NCBI RefSeq assembly: GCF_055900595.2
Contig: NZ_CM148325.1
DNA length: 64,000 nt
Direction: 5' to 3' (one strand)
The first letter of the stretch is position 1, and every line of letters begins with the position of its first letter. Below the pieces are notes generated by a model. It had not been told where the DNA came from and did not search any database. It worked only from the letters and a program-made list of their open reading frames with translations. The position numbers and the translations under genes were made by a program. Positions 1 to 8,814 of the stretch are shown one piece after another.

Positions 1-500
1 CAGCCGAAACATCAGTATTCCACGCCATACAGACGGCGCCTGACCATGTGCTGATGCAGGTAAAATGTTTCACTACAACTGTTCGGGTTGCTATGCAACG
101 AAACAGCGATTCTCACGATCTTTAACTGCAACGTTTTTCCGCCTGAAAGCTGACTGCCTCCTGCTGAGGTGGGAGGCTATGATTCAGTGCGTTTATAGTC
201 TCCGGGGTATGCATGTACCGGAGCATACCATTTCTGGTGGATAACAAGCCGGCACATTCAGACTGCAGTGAAGATGGAAGCACCTGGTTGTGAAGAACGT
301 TTCTGCCCGTGGCTGCTTCGCATCATCAATGGTATTCATACCCGCTCAGAAATGACCGGGTGCTGAAGCCCTCCGTTATCGCGCAGTATAATGACGTATA
401 TGATCTGTGGACGAGTGAGCGGCGTGCCTGATGTACGCCGCTATTACTGTATTTTACCACAGGGCTGGTTTTCTGCTGCCAGCCCTGTGGTTCTCAGACA

Positions 501-1109
501 TCAACTGTGAGCGGCATCAACCGATGTACGGTATGCCATAAGCACGTACTGATCCATCAGATTTGTCAGTGGTTCACTCTGACCCTGACGTGCAATGATC
601 CATTGCTCCAGATCTTTTTCTGATTTGTGTTTCAGGTTTTTCGTCCAGTCGTCAAGGCTGTTTCCGGTCATTAAGTCAAGCCAGCAGAGCCAGACCAGTT
701 TGAGACGTAACTCCGTGCCGCCAAACTGACGGAAGAGGCTGATCAGTTTGTTTGCCAGAGAATGTTGCTTCAGGCGCTCACATTCAGACAGCAGGATCCC
801 TTCCAGCATCGGATGATGAACCAGCAGGTGTTCGCTGGTGCATAAATTCACCACCAGATCATCATCCAGGGACGGGGAGCTCCGTTTGTCCGGACCATAA
901 ATCAGCCGGTGCAGACTCTGGGGAACGATGGCAATCTCCGGTTTTTCGCCATTGAATGACACCCACCCGGGCGTCAGATTATGGAAATAGTAGATATTCG
1001 GATGACACACGCCCCATGATACGGCGTGCCGGGTGAAGCCGGTCAGCCATTTCTGGTAGTTTTCATGGAGCAGCTCGTAACGGGTCTGATACTGTTGTTT
1101 CATTTTCAT
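501..1109 (-). CDS. hypothetical island-associated protein (about 202 aa), downstream of alpA on the same strand
   Basis: 205-aa ORF in track; GAGGAA RBS before internal ATGs (MKMKQQ...); no family recognised. Confidence 0.45.
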   Translation of the reverse strand: MKMKQQYQTRYELLHENYQKWLTGFTRHAVSWGVCHPNIYYFHNLTPGWVSFNGEKPEIAIVPQSLHRLIYGPDKRSSPSLDDDLVVNLCTSEHLLVHHPMLEGILLSECERLKQHSLANKLISLFRQFGGTELRLKLVWLCWLDLMTGNSLDDWTKNLKHKSEKDLEQWIIARQGQSEPLTNLMDQYVLMAYRTSVDAAHS

Positions 1110-1196
1110 ATTCCTCACGGGGGATAACAGGCAGCAGAGCGCCGCCGGCAGGCCGGAGATTGCGTCTGCTGTGGGCGAAGGGTTAGTGGTTAAAAA

Positions 1197-1403
1197 TTAC
1201 GGACGGGACTGTGCAATACGCGCCTGCAGCCAGGCTTCCACTTCACTTTTCAGCCAGCGGGAGCTGCGCCCCATTTTGATGGGCGCAGGAAAGCCCCCAT
1301 CTTTGATGAGTTTGTCAAACCACTTATCGGTTAGGCCGGTCAGTTGAGTGATAAACGCCATGTCGACCATCTGGTCATCCATCAGCGAAACTGGGGTAGC
1401 CAT
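1197..1403 (-). CDS. alpA: AlpA-family (P4 Vis-like) prophage transcriptional regulator/excisionase, 68 aa
   Basis: Internal Met of 135-aa ORF gives MATPVSLMDDQMVDMAFITQLTGLTDKWFDKLIKDGGFPAPIKMGRSSRWLKSEVEAWLQARIAQ, typical AlpA HTH; GGAGG RBS 9 nt upstream of ATG. Confidence 0.75.
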   Translation of the reverse strand: MATPVSLMDDQMVDMAFITQLTGLTDKWFDKLIKDGGFPAPIKMGRSSRWLKSEVEAWLQARIAQSRP

Positions 1404-2529
1404 GAGAATGTTCCTCCGGATGTTGTTAAACCAGCCGGTGTGGTCATGAAAACAGCGCGCCACCTTCACCGGCATAACAACCGGGGAGAAACGTAAAAAA
1501 TAATCGGGAATGCGGCTGTCCGGAGATAAACGGGGGGATTGCGATGGCAGAGCCGTAGCGGAATCCCGGAGGGGGGGGTTGCGAAAAGATGCTTCCGCAC
1601 GCACGCGCGATAAAGAGGGGATAGTTTTCGTGAGGACAGGGAGAGAAGCAGGCGTTCTGATAATTGCAGAGTTGTTTTCGGAGGTGGTTACAGTGAGTCA
1701 GCCCGTTCCTGGCGAGCAGGAGACTGATATCACCGATGGGATAAGGTTGTCTGATTGGTATTATAAATATAAGAAGTCATCAGAGAGTAACGTAAAGGAT
1801 TTGCCAGAATAACCTAAGAGAGTAAATCTCTCCGGTAACAGAGCGCTGTGAAGCATTCTGTATCAGAGTGCAGATACATGAACGCTGATGCGTAAAATCA
1901 GCAGTGACACGCCAGCTCCCCCTATGCCCATTCCTGTATAAGACATGAACTGAGTGTATTAATGCTTCTGCCCTGAGACTGAGCCGGTGAGTGAGGGGCT
2001 GAGAAATCCCTCTTGACACAGCTCTAACCAGAAATACTTCCCCGGTTGTTGCGGTGCGTCCGGATCCCCGATAACGGAACACTAAGGCTGTATTGCGGGA
2101 CACCGGGTAAGTAGCAGCCCGTAAGGCGTTCTGTCAACGCCAGAAAAAATGATTTCCCACACGCGTTATAGACTCACTCCTGTGGACCTGGAAGCCCGTA
2201 ACTCTGCGTTTGCCCACTGACTGACGGAACTGACCGCAAATTTTACGAGTGCGTGCTGGGCTTCAGTCTGGTCACCTGAGCGTTCGGTAACGGAGGCGCG
2301 GGCGGTAATAGGCTGATTTTCAGGTATTACCGGCTTACAGCGTGTGGTTGATATTGAGGGGCTGTGAGTTTCGCGTATTTGTCAGAAACCCAGACGAGTT
2401 TTCCTGTATGGGACGAAATAAGGCAGCGGCAATACCTGGAAAAATTTAATATGGTATGAAGGAGAACCTGTCGGTTACGCTTAATATACCCGGTACACTG
2501 TCAGCTCAGGGGATACATGAACCGTTATC

Positions 2530-2730
2530 TCACCAGCTACACAGTATATACACACTGACGCTGACAGTAGTCAGCAGGACCACAATAATCAGTGCCAGCA
2601 GTATGGTAACGATACGGTCTGTATTCCGGTAATAGCCGAAGGGGTCGACAGAACCACAATACGGGCAACACACTGTATTATGAGTAATCGCGTTTCCACA
2701 GTCCCTGCACTTCTTTTTGCGTATCACCAT
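2530..2730 (-). CDS. small zinc-ribbon protein with C-terminal transmembrane helix (66 aa)
   Basis: CRDCGN...CCPYCGS double CxxC motif followed by hydrophobic stretch ILLALIIVVLLTTVSVSVYIL; GAGGAGGGAG RBS 5 nt before ATG. Confidence 0.5.
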   Translation of the reverse strand: MVIRKKKCRDCGNAITHNTVCCPYCGSVDPFGYYRNTDRIVTILLALIIVVLLTTVSVSVYILCSW

Positions 2731-2929
2731 CACTCCCTCCTCACAGCCTTACCCGTAACCGGTTTTTTACATTAAAAAACCAACGCTGAAAATTCAACCG
2801 TCAGTCCGGAGACGACCGTTCGGGTTATCACAGAGTGCCTGAGACAGTGTCCTGCCGGAGGTCACTTCAGGGACTCTGCGCATTTTTTACGACGTGGCTA
2901 TTCCGTATGAACCATACGGAGATTTAACC

Positions 2930-3499
2930 ATGACCTACAAATACAACCCCTTCTGGCAGCAACGTATTCGTGAGACGGTGCGGCACGCACTGAATGTTCA
3001 TCCCCGCCTGACGGCATTGCGGGTTGACCTGCGTTTCCCGGATGTACCGGCAGCAACGGACGCAGCTGTGATATCCCGCTTCATCAATGCCCTGAAAGCC
3101 CGAATCGACGCTTACCAGAAACGTAAGCATCGGGAAGGTAAACGCGTGCATCCCACAACCCTGCATTACGTCTGGGCCCGGGAGTTTGGGGAGTGCAAAG
3201 GTAAAAAACACTATCACCTGATGCTGCTGGTTAACCGGGATACCTGGTGTCGTGCCGGTGATTACCGTGCTCCGGGATCACTGGCCGGGATGATTAAACA
3301 GGCGTGGTGCAGTGCCCTGGGAGTGGATGTCGGGTGCCATGCCACACTGGTGCATTTTCCGGCCTGGCCGGCGGTGTGGCTGGAACGCGATGATGACACT
3401 GGCTTTCAGCAGGTGCTGGAACGTGCTGACTATCTGGCGAAGGAACATACCAAAGCTCACTGCACCGGTGAGCGCAATTTTGGCTGTAGCCGGAGTTGA
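2930..3499 (+). CDS. YagK/YfjJ (inovirus Gp2-like) family prophage protein
   Basis: Resemblance to CP4-57/CP4-6 YfjJ/YagK proteins (recalled, not searched); GGAGA RBS before ATG at 2930; ORF track begins at upstream GTG 2894. Confidence 0.65.
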   Translation: MTYKYNPFWQQRIRETVRHALNVHPRLTALRVDLRFPDVPAATDAAVISRFINALKARIDAYQKRKHREGKRVHPTTLHYVWAREFGECKGKKHYHLMLLVNRDTWCRAGDYRAPGSLAGMIKQAWCSALGVDVGCHATLVHFPAWPAVWLERDDDTGFQQVLERADYLAKEHTKAHCTGERNFGCSRS

Positions 3500-3752
3500 G
3501 CACGACTGGCGCGCCAATACCCGGCAAACCAAAAGTATGGGTTGTTGTCTGGCGGCAACGATGTATCCACTCGCCCACTGACTGTTTTTTACGTCAGTGT
3601 TCCATTGTGTGACAACCACAGTGCTGTAACAGCAACCAGCCTGCTTTACCCAAACTCCAGTCCAGATTTTAACTGAACCGCCATTCACACCCTGACCACG
3701 CTGCCCGTACCGGGACGGCTGTTGCCTGCGTGTCGTCTGGCGGCTGAGGAAT

Positions 3753-4160
3753 ATGACTATGTACGCAAAATCCTTTATCGCTCTTGATGGCAACGGACGT
3801 CTGACGGGCGCCCGTACTGCACAGGCCGCACCTTATGCTAACTACACCTGCCACTTGTGTGGCAGTGCACTCAGATACCATCCGCAATACGACACTGAAC
3901 TTCCCTGGTTTGAACACACTGACGACAGGCTGACAGAGCACGGTCAACAGTGCCCTTATGTCAGGCCGGAGCGCAGAGAAATACAGTTGATTAAACGTCT
4001 GCAGCAATTCGTACCGGATGCCTTACCCGTGGTGCGTAAAGCCAGCTGGCACTGCAGACAATGTCACCACGATTATTATGGGGAGCGGTACTGCACACAC
4101 TGCCAGACCGGAGGATTCAGTATTCCCCGGACAACTCAGGAGGAAATATGCGAATTCTGA
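3753..4160 (+). CDS. Cys-rich zinc-finger protein, paralog A (135 aa), unknown function
   Basis: ORF with GAGGAA RBS; motifs CHLCGS, PWFEH, WHCRQCHH, YCTHCQTG. Confidence 0.5.
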   Translation: MTMYAKSFIALDGNGRLTGARTAQAAPYANYTCHLCGSALRYHPQYDTELPWFEHTDDRLTEHGQQCPYVRPERREIQLIKRLQQFVPDALPVVRKASWHCRQCHHDYYGERYCTHCQTGGFSIPRTTQEEICEF

Positions 4161-4555
4161 ACTGTTATATGGCGAATGACAGCAAAGGCCATTTTGTTAC
4201 GGCGAAAGAAGCAGCGAAGCACAACCGCCAGGACGTTTTGTGCTGTGTGTCCTGTGGATGCCCGTTAACACTTCAGCGGGGCAATGACGGACAACCACCG
4301 TGGTTTGAACATGACCAGATGACTGTCGCTGAGAAAATCCTGCTGCGATGCACCTGGCTTGACCCGGCAGAGAAAGAGGCCCGTCGTTTGCATCTGCAGG
4401 GTATGACGGTTCCGGATTATACGGTGAAGGTGAGAAAGTGGTTTTGTGTGATGTGTGACGAAAATTATGAGGGGGAAAAGTGCTGCCCGAGTTGTGGTAC
4501 CGGGGTATACAGCAGGGAGGGGGGGCAGGAGGGCAACTGGAAGGATAGGAACTGA
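4148..4555 (+). CDS. Cys-rich zinc-finger protein, paralog B (135 aa), translationally coupled to paralog A
   Basis: AGGAGG RBS then ATG at 4148 inside the end of paralog A (13-nt overlap); motifs CCVSCGC, PWFEH, FCVMCDENYEGEKCCPSCGTG parallel paralog A. Confidence 0.5.
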   Translation: MRILNCYMANDSKGHFVTAKEAAKHNRQDVLCCVSCGCPLTLQRGNDGQPPWFEHDQMTVAEKILLRCTWLDPAEKEARRLHLQGMTVPDYTVKVRKWFCVMCDENYEGEKCCPSCGTGVYSREGGQEGNWKDRN

Positions 4556-4742
4556 GCGGTTCAGTCGCGGAAATCAGTTGCAGAGCTGTAATGATATCTC
4601 CGGGAGTGCTGCGTTGGTAGGGGCATCCCGGGATAGAGAAATTTTAGCACTTTGCCCTGAATGATTGTAGACGTCCCGAGTACTCGTACCGGTCTGAGTT
4701 ATTACAGTTAGATATTCACTTTTTCTCCCGCATACTTCACAT

Positions 4743-6512
4743 CTGTCAACGACGGATGAAAAGTGGTTCTTCCGCAACCTGGGTGGAAGAAAATGGATGA
4801 AACTTTCTGGCGAACAAGGATCTAAGCTGTTTTAAGTTATGGGCAACGCAATGCACTCTCTTAAGACACTTCTACAGTTACCTTGCGGATGGCGATGCAG
4901 TCGACAAATTATTAGCTCTGACGGTATAACCCTCCATCTCCACGGAAAACGCAAAACAGCACAATGTCCTGAATGCTTTAAGCGTAGCGACTCTGTTCAT
5001 AGTTGTCGTCGGCGCCGGATACAGCATCTACCCTGCTCAGGGCAGACGCTATGGCTTGTATTTTCCGTCCGCCACTGGTACTGCCGTAACCCGGCTTGTT
5101 CACGTAAAATTTTTGCCGAGTCGCTTGCTCCCTTCGCCAGTTCACACCAGCAGTCTTCACAGGCGTTACAAAATTAACAACGTCAACTGGGATTAATAGC
5201 TGGAGGTGAGGCTGGAAAACGGGCTGCAACGGCAGTGGGTCTCCGTTGCAGTGCTGATACTCTTCTTCGCAGGCTTATCAATACCCCGGAGACGAAACAG
5301 TCAGGCGCGCCTCATGTCGGTATTGATGAGTGGGCGTGGCATCGGGGCCACTGCTGCGGTATGTTAATAGTCAATCCTGATACTCACCGTCCCCTCGTCC
5401 TGCTTCCCGGCCGTGATCAGCGTACGCTGGCGACCTGGTTCAGAAAATATCCGGAAATACAGGTTGTCTCGCGTGATCGCAGTGGAGTCTATGCGACAGC
5501 AGCACGTGAAGGTGCACCTCAGGCCAGACAGGTGGCCGATCGATGGCACCTGCTAAAAAATATTGGTGATGAGCCTGAACGAATGATGTACAGATATATG
5601 CCTCTGATACGTCTTGTTGTCAGAGAGTTATCACTGAAGAAATCACCTGAGCCAGAAATATCTGTGCCTGTAGCATCGCTCCGTCGTCTGGAACGCCTTA
5701 AACAGCACATCCGCAAAAAACGGCATCAGCGTTGGACAGAGGTTATGGCCCTGCATAACAAGGGATGTAGTTTCAGGGAAATATCCCGTATTACAGGCCT
5801 GTCGCGAGTGACAGTCAGTCGCTGGGTGGGTTCAGGAACATTCCCTGAAATGTCAACTAGGCCTCCAAAGCGAGGGCTTCTGGACCCATGGAGGGAGTGG
5901 TTAAAAGAGCAACGAGAATGTGGTAATTATAACTCCGGCCGGATATGGCGGGAAATGGTGGCCAGGGGGGTTACAGGCAGTGAAACCATCGTCAGGGATG
6001 CTGTTGCCAAATGGCATAAAGGCTGGATCCCACCGGTTACTACTGCCGCAAGACTTCCTTCAGTGTCCCGGGTAAGCCGCTGGTTGATGCCCTGGAGAAT
6101 AATCAGGGGTGAAGAAAATTATGCTTTCCGATTTATTAGTCTGATGTGTGAAAAAGAACCGGAGTTGAAAATAGCGCAGCAACTGGTACTCGAGTTCTAC
6201 CGTATTCTGAAAACCTAAAATAAATCACAGCTAAGCAGCTGGTTCACTCGGGTCCACGAAAGCGGCTCAGCAGAACTTCGGTGCGTAGCTGCGGGGATGG
6301 AAGCTGATGCTGCGGCTATATGTGAGGCAATCAGCAGTCGCTGGAGTACTGGTGTTGTCGAAGGTCATGTAAATCGCCTGAAGGTGCTGATACGCCAGAT
6401 GTATGGTCGAGCCGGACTTGAACTACTTAGGCGGAGGGTAATGAGTCCACTGGCATGAAAATCTTCACCTAGGTTGAGGAAGAGCCACTTTTGCACTGTT
6501 CGTGACAGTATG
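4743..6512 (+). mobile_element. ISL3-family insertion sequence, decayed, bounded by imperfect terminal inverted repeats
   Basis: IR core aaaagtggttcttcc (4759-4773) versus ggaagagccactttt (6478-6492) flanking an ISL3-type transposase reading frame; outer limits approximate. Confidence 0.5.
4839..6457 (+). pseudogene. ISL3-family transposase pseudogene (in-frame TAA at 5178-5180 plus frameshift near 6219-6260)
   Basis: ORFs 4839-5177 and 5235-6218 are in the same frame separated by a stop; zf-ISL3-like N-terminus, DDE region (HVGIDEWAWHRGH...), C-terminal ...VVEGHVNRLKVLIRQMYGRAG... in a different frame. Confidence 0.6.
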
Positions 6513-6514
6513 GC

Positions 6515-6830
6515 CTTTATGTACTCACTTTGTTACCGGTAGCTGAATCATCACTACCGTGCTGCAAATGGTGGTGAACAGCATCAATTGTGGAATGAAT
6601 GTTGCCGAAGCGACCAATGCGCCTCGTTTCCACCATCAGTGGTTGCCGGACGAGCTGCGTGTTGAAAAGGGTTTAGTCCGGATACGCTCAAGCTGCTGGA
6701 AGCAAAAGGTCAGAAAGTGGCGCTGAATGAGGCGATGGGCAGCACGCAAAGCATTATGGTTGGGTCGGATGGTGAGTTGTACGGCGCATCCGACTCGCGC
6801 TTGGTGGATGATTTAACGGCGGGGTATTAA
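6515..6830 (+). pseudogene. ggt: gamma-glutamyltranspeptidase (ggt) C-terminal fragment with premature TGA and a 1-bp frameshift
   Basis: Translation ...GS*IITTVLQMVVNSINCGMNVAEATNAPRFHHQWLPDELRVEKGF / SPDTLKLLEAKGQKVALNEAMGSTQSIMVGSDGELYGASDSRLVDDLTAGY* matches the Ggt small-subunit C-terminus; no start codon and no N-terminal 1.4 kb. Confidence 0.6.
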
Positions 6831-6869
6831 TTGACATCCCCCGGCGCAGTGTGCCGGGGGATAATGGTT

Positions 6870-7700
6870 TTATGCGGTCAATAATCGTCCGGGATTATCG
6901 ATACAGAGTTTTTTGAGGATCGTTTTATCGACGCCGCGCTCCGCCAGATAGGCCAGAAAAACATCTGGAACAAATCCCCAGCCATTACCGCCATTTTTAG
7001 CCCACATTTGTTTAAGGAAGACATCGTGGCTGAGAACAAGCTGATCGGCGTATCCCAACTCAATGAGATGAGCGACGGCATCGGCAGTCTCCTGCACCCC
7101 TGGCGCTATTCCCTCTTTCGGGAAGGTAATGTCTAGGCCAATCATGTCGAATTCCAGCCAGACACCCTTATCAAGCATTTTCCGCTGATACGCCACGTCT
7201 TTTCCTGACGGATCCGAGTGTGCGAGAGAGACTTTATTTGGCGAGACGCCCATTTCACCTAACACAATGTCGAGTACTTCATCACCGCGACGAAGCCAGC
7301 CCGGCATGTGAATATTCATCGCCACATGAGGATTGTTAATCTGTGCCAGCGAGGCAGCCCGCAAGCTGTTATGCTCGGCTTCGGTAAATGTCGGTGAGAC
7401 ACCTATTTCACCGATCATTCCGGCACGAATATCCGTATCGCCAATCCCTTGATTCAATTCTTTATCAATCGTTGCCGCCAGTTCATCAACCGTTTTATGA
7501 ATTCTCTGGCTTTCAAATTTTTCCAAGTAGGGACCGGAGGAAGCAACAATATTCAGACCTGTTTTTAATGCGACTTCTCGTAATGCCTGCGCATCTCGTC
7601 CGATAGACTCAGACCCTGTGGCATCAACAATGGTGCGACCACCGAGCGAGATAAAGTTATTAATTTCGAAGATCACATCTTCAATAGGTTTGCGGTCCAT
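6870..7700 (-). CDS. phosphotriesterase-family (Php-like) amidohydrolase, probably N-terminally truncated next to IS3
   Basis: 276-aa ORF with PTE-family core (GMIGEIGVS, LSHD); the N-terminal metal-binding HxH region expected upstream is absent and the ORF starts 21 bp from the IS3 end. Confidence 0.5.
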   Translation of the reverse strand: MDRKPIEDVIFEINNFISLGGRTIVDATGSESIGRDAQALREVALKTGLNIVASSGPYLEKFESQRIHKTVDELAATIDKELNQGIGDTDIRAGMIGEIGVSPTFTEAEHNSLRAASLAQINNPHVAMNIHMPGWLRRGDEVLDIVLGEMGVSPNKVSLAHSDPSGKDVAYQRKMLDKGVWLEFDMIGLDITFPKEGIAPGVQETADAVAHLIELGYADQLVLSHDVFLKQMWAKNGGNGWGFVPDVFLAYLAERGVDKTILKKLCIDNPGRLLTA

Positions 7701-7786
7701 ATTATCAGCGCAGCAATAAGGTGATCTTACCCAGCAATAGTGGACACGCGGCTAAGTGAGTAAACTCTCAGTCAGAGGTGACTCAC

Positions 7787-8086
7787 ATGACAAAAACAGT
7801 ATCAACCAGTAAAAAACCCCGTAAACAGCATTCGCCTGAATTTCGCAGTGAAGCCCTGAAGCTTGCTGAACGCATCGGTGTTACTGCCGCAGCCCGTGAA
7901 CTCAGCCTGTATGAATCACAGCTCTACAACTGGCGCAGTAAACAGCAAAATCAGCAGACGTCTTCTGAACGTGAACTGGAGATGTCTACCGAGATTGCAC
8001 GTCTCAAACGCCAGCTGGCAGAACGGGATGAAGAGCTGGCTATCCTCCAAAAGGCCGCGACATACTTCGCGAAGCGCCTGAAATGA
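7787..8086 (+). CDS. IS3 transposase OrfA (99 aa)
   Basis: [54 protein letters not shown]... matches IS3 OrfA as recalled. Confidence 0.8.
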   Translation: MTKTVSTSKKPRKQHSPEFRSEALKLAERIGVTAAARELSLYESQLYNWRSKQQNQQTSSERELEMSTEIARLKRQLAERDEELAILQKAATYFAKRLK

Positions 8087-8814
8087 AGTATGTCTTTATT
8101 GAAAAACATCAGGCTGAGTTCAGCATCAAAGCAATGTGCCGCGTGCTCCGGGTGGCCCGCAGCGGCTGGTATACGTGGTGTCAGCGGCGGACAAGGATAA
8201 GCACGCGTCAGCAGTTCCGCCAACACTGCGACAGCGTTGTCCTCGCGGCTTTTACCCGGTCAAAACAGCGTTACGGTGCCCCACGCCTGACGGATGAACT
8301 GCGTGCTCAGGGTTACCCCTTTAACGTAAAAACCGTGGCGGCAAGCCTGCGCCGTCAGGGACTGAGGGCAAAGGCCTCCCGGAAGTTCAGCCCGGTCAGC
8401 TACCGCGCACACGGCCTGCCTGTGTCAGAAAATCTGTTGGAGCAGGATTTTTACGCCAGTGGCCCGAACCAGAAGTGGGCAGGAGACATCACGTACTTAC
8501 GTACAGATGAAGGCTGGCTGTATCTGGCAGTGGTCATTGACCTGTGGTCACGTGCCGTTATTGGCTGGTCAATGTCGCCACGCATGACGGCGCAACTGGC
8601 CTGCGATGCCCTGCAGATGGCGCTGTGGCGGCGTAAGAGGCCCCGGAACGTTATCGTTCACACGGACCGTGGAGGCCAGTACTGTTCAGCAGATTATCAG
8701 GCGCAACTGAAGCGGCATAATCTGCGTGGAAAGCTTCTTTCATTCGCTGAAAGTGGAATGTATCCATGGAGAACACTTTATCAGCCGGGAAATAATGCGG
8801 GCAACGGTGTTTAA
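8083..8814 (+). pseudogene. IS3 transposase OrfB with C-terminus altered by a frameshifting deletion
   Basis: IS3 OrfB DDE region ([28 protein letters not shown]...HTDRGGQY) intact to ...KRHNLRG, then out-of-frame tail [16 protein letters not shown]... Confidence 0.65.

Noticed and set aside
460..490. Stem-loop cagggctgg-ttttctgctg-ccagccctg downstream of the 202-aa ORF as an intrinsic terminator
   Set aside because: On the transcribed (minus) strand the stem is not followed by a U-run; the loop is large.
1510..2103. Overlapping ORFs 1510-1812 (+) and 1780-2103 (-) upstream of alpA
   Set aside because: No RBS, atypical composition; the region probably holds the alpA promoter and decayed DNA. 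An integrase expected near alpA is absent, but these frames do not resemble one.
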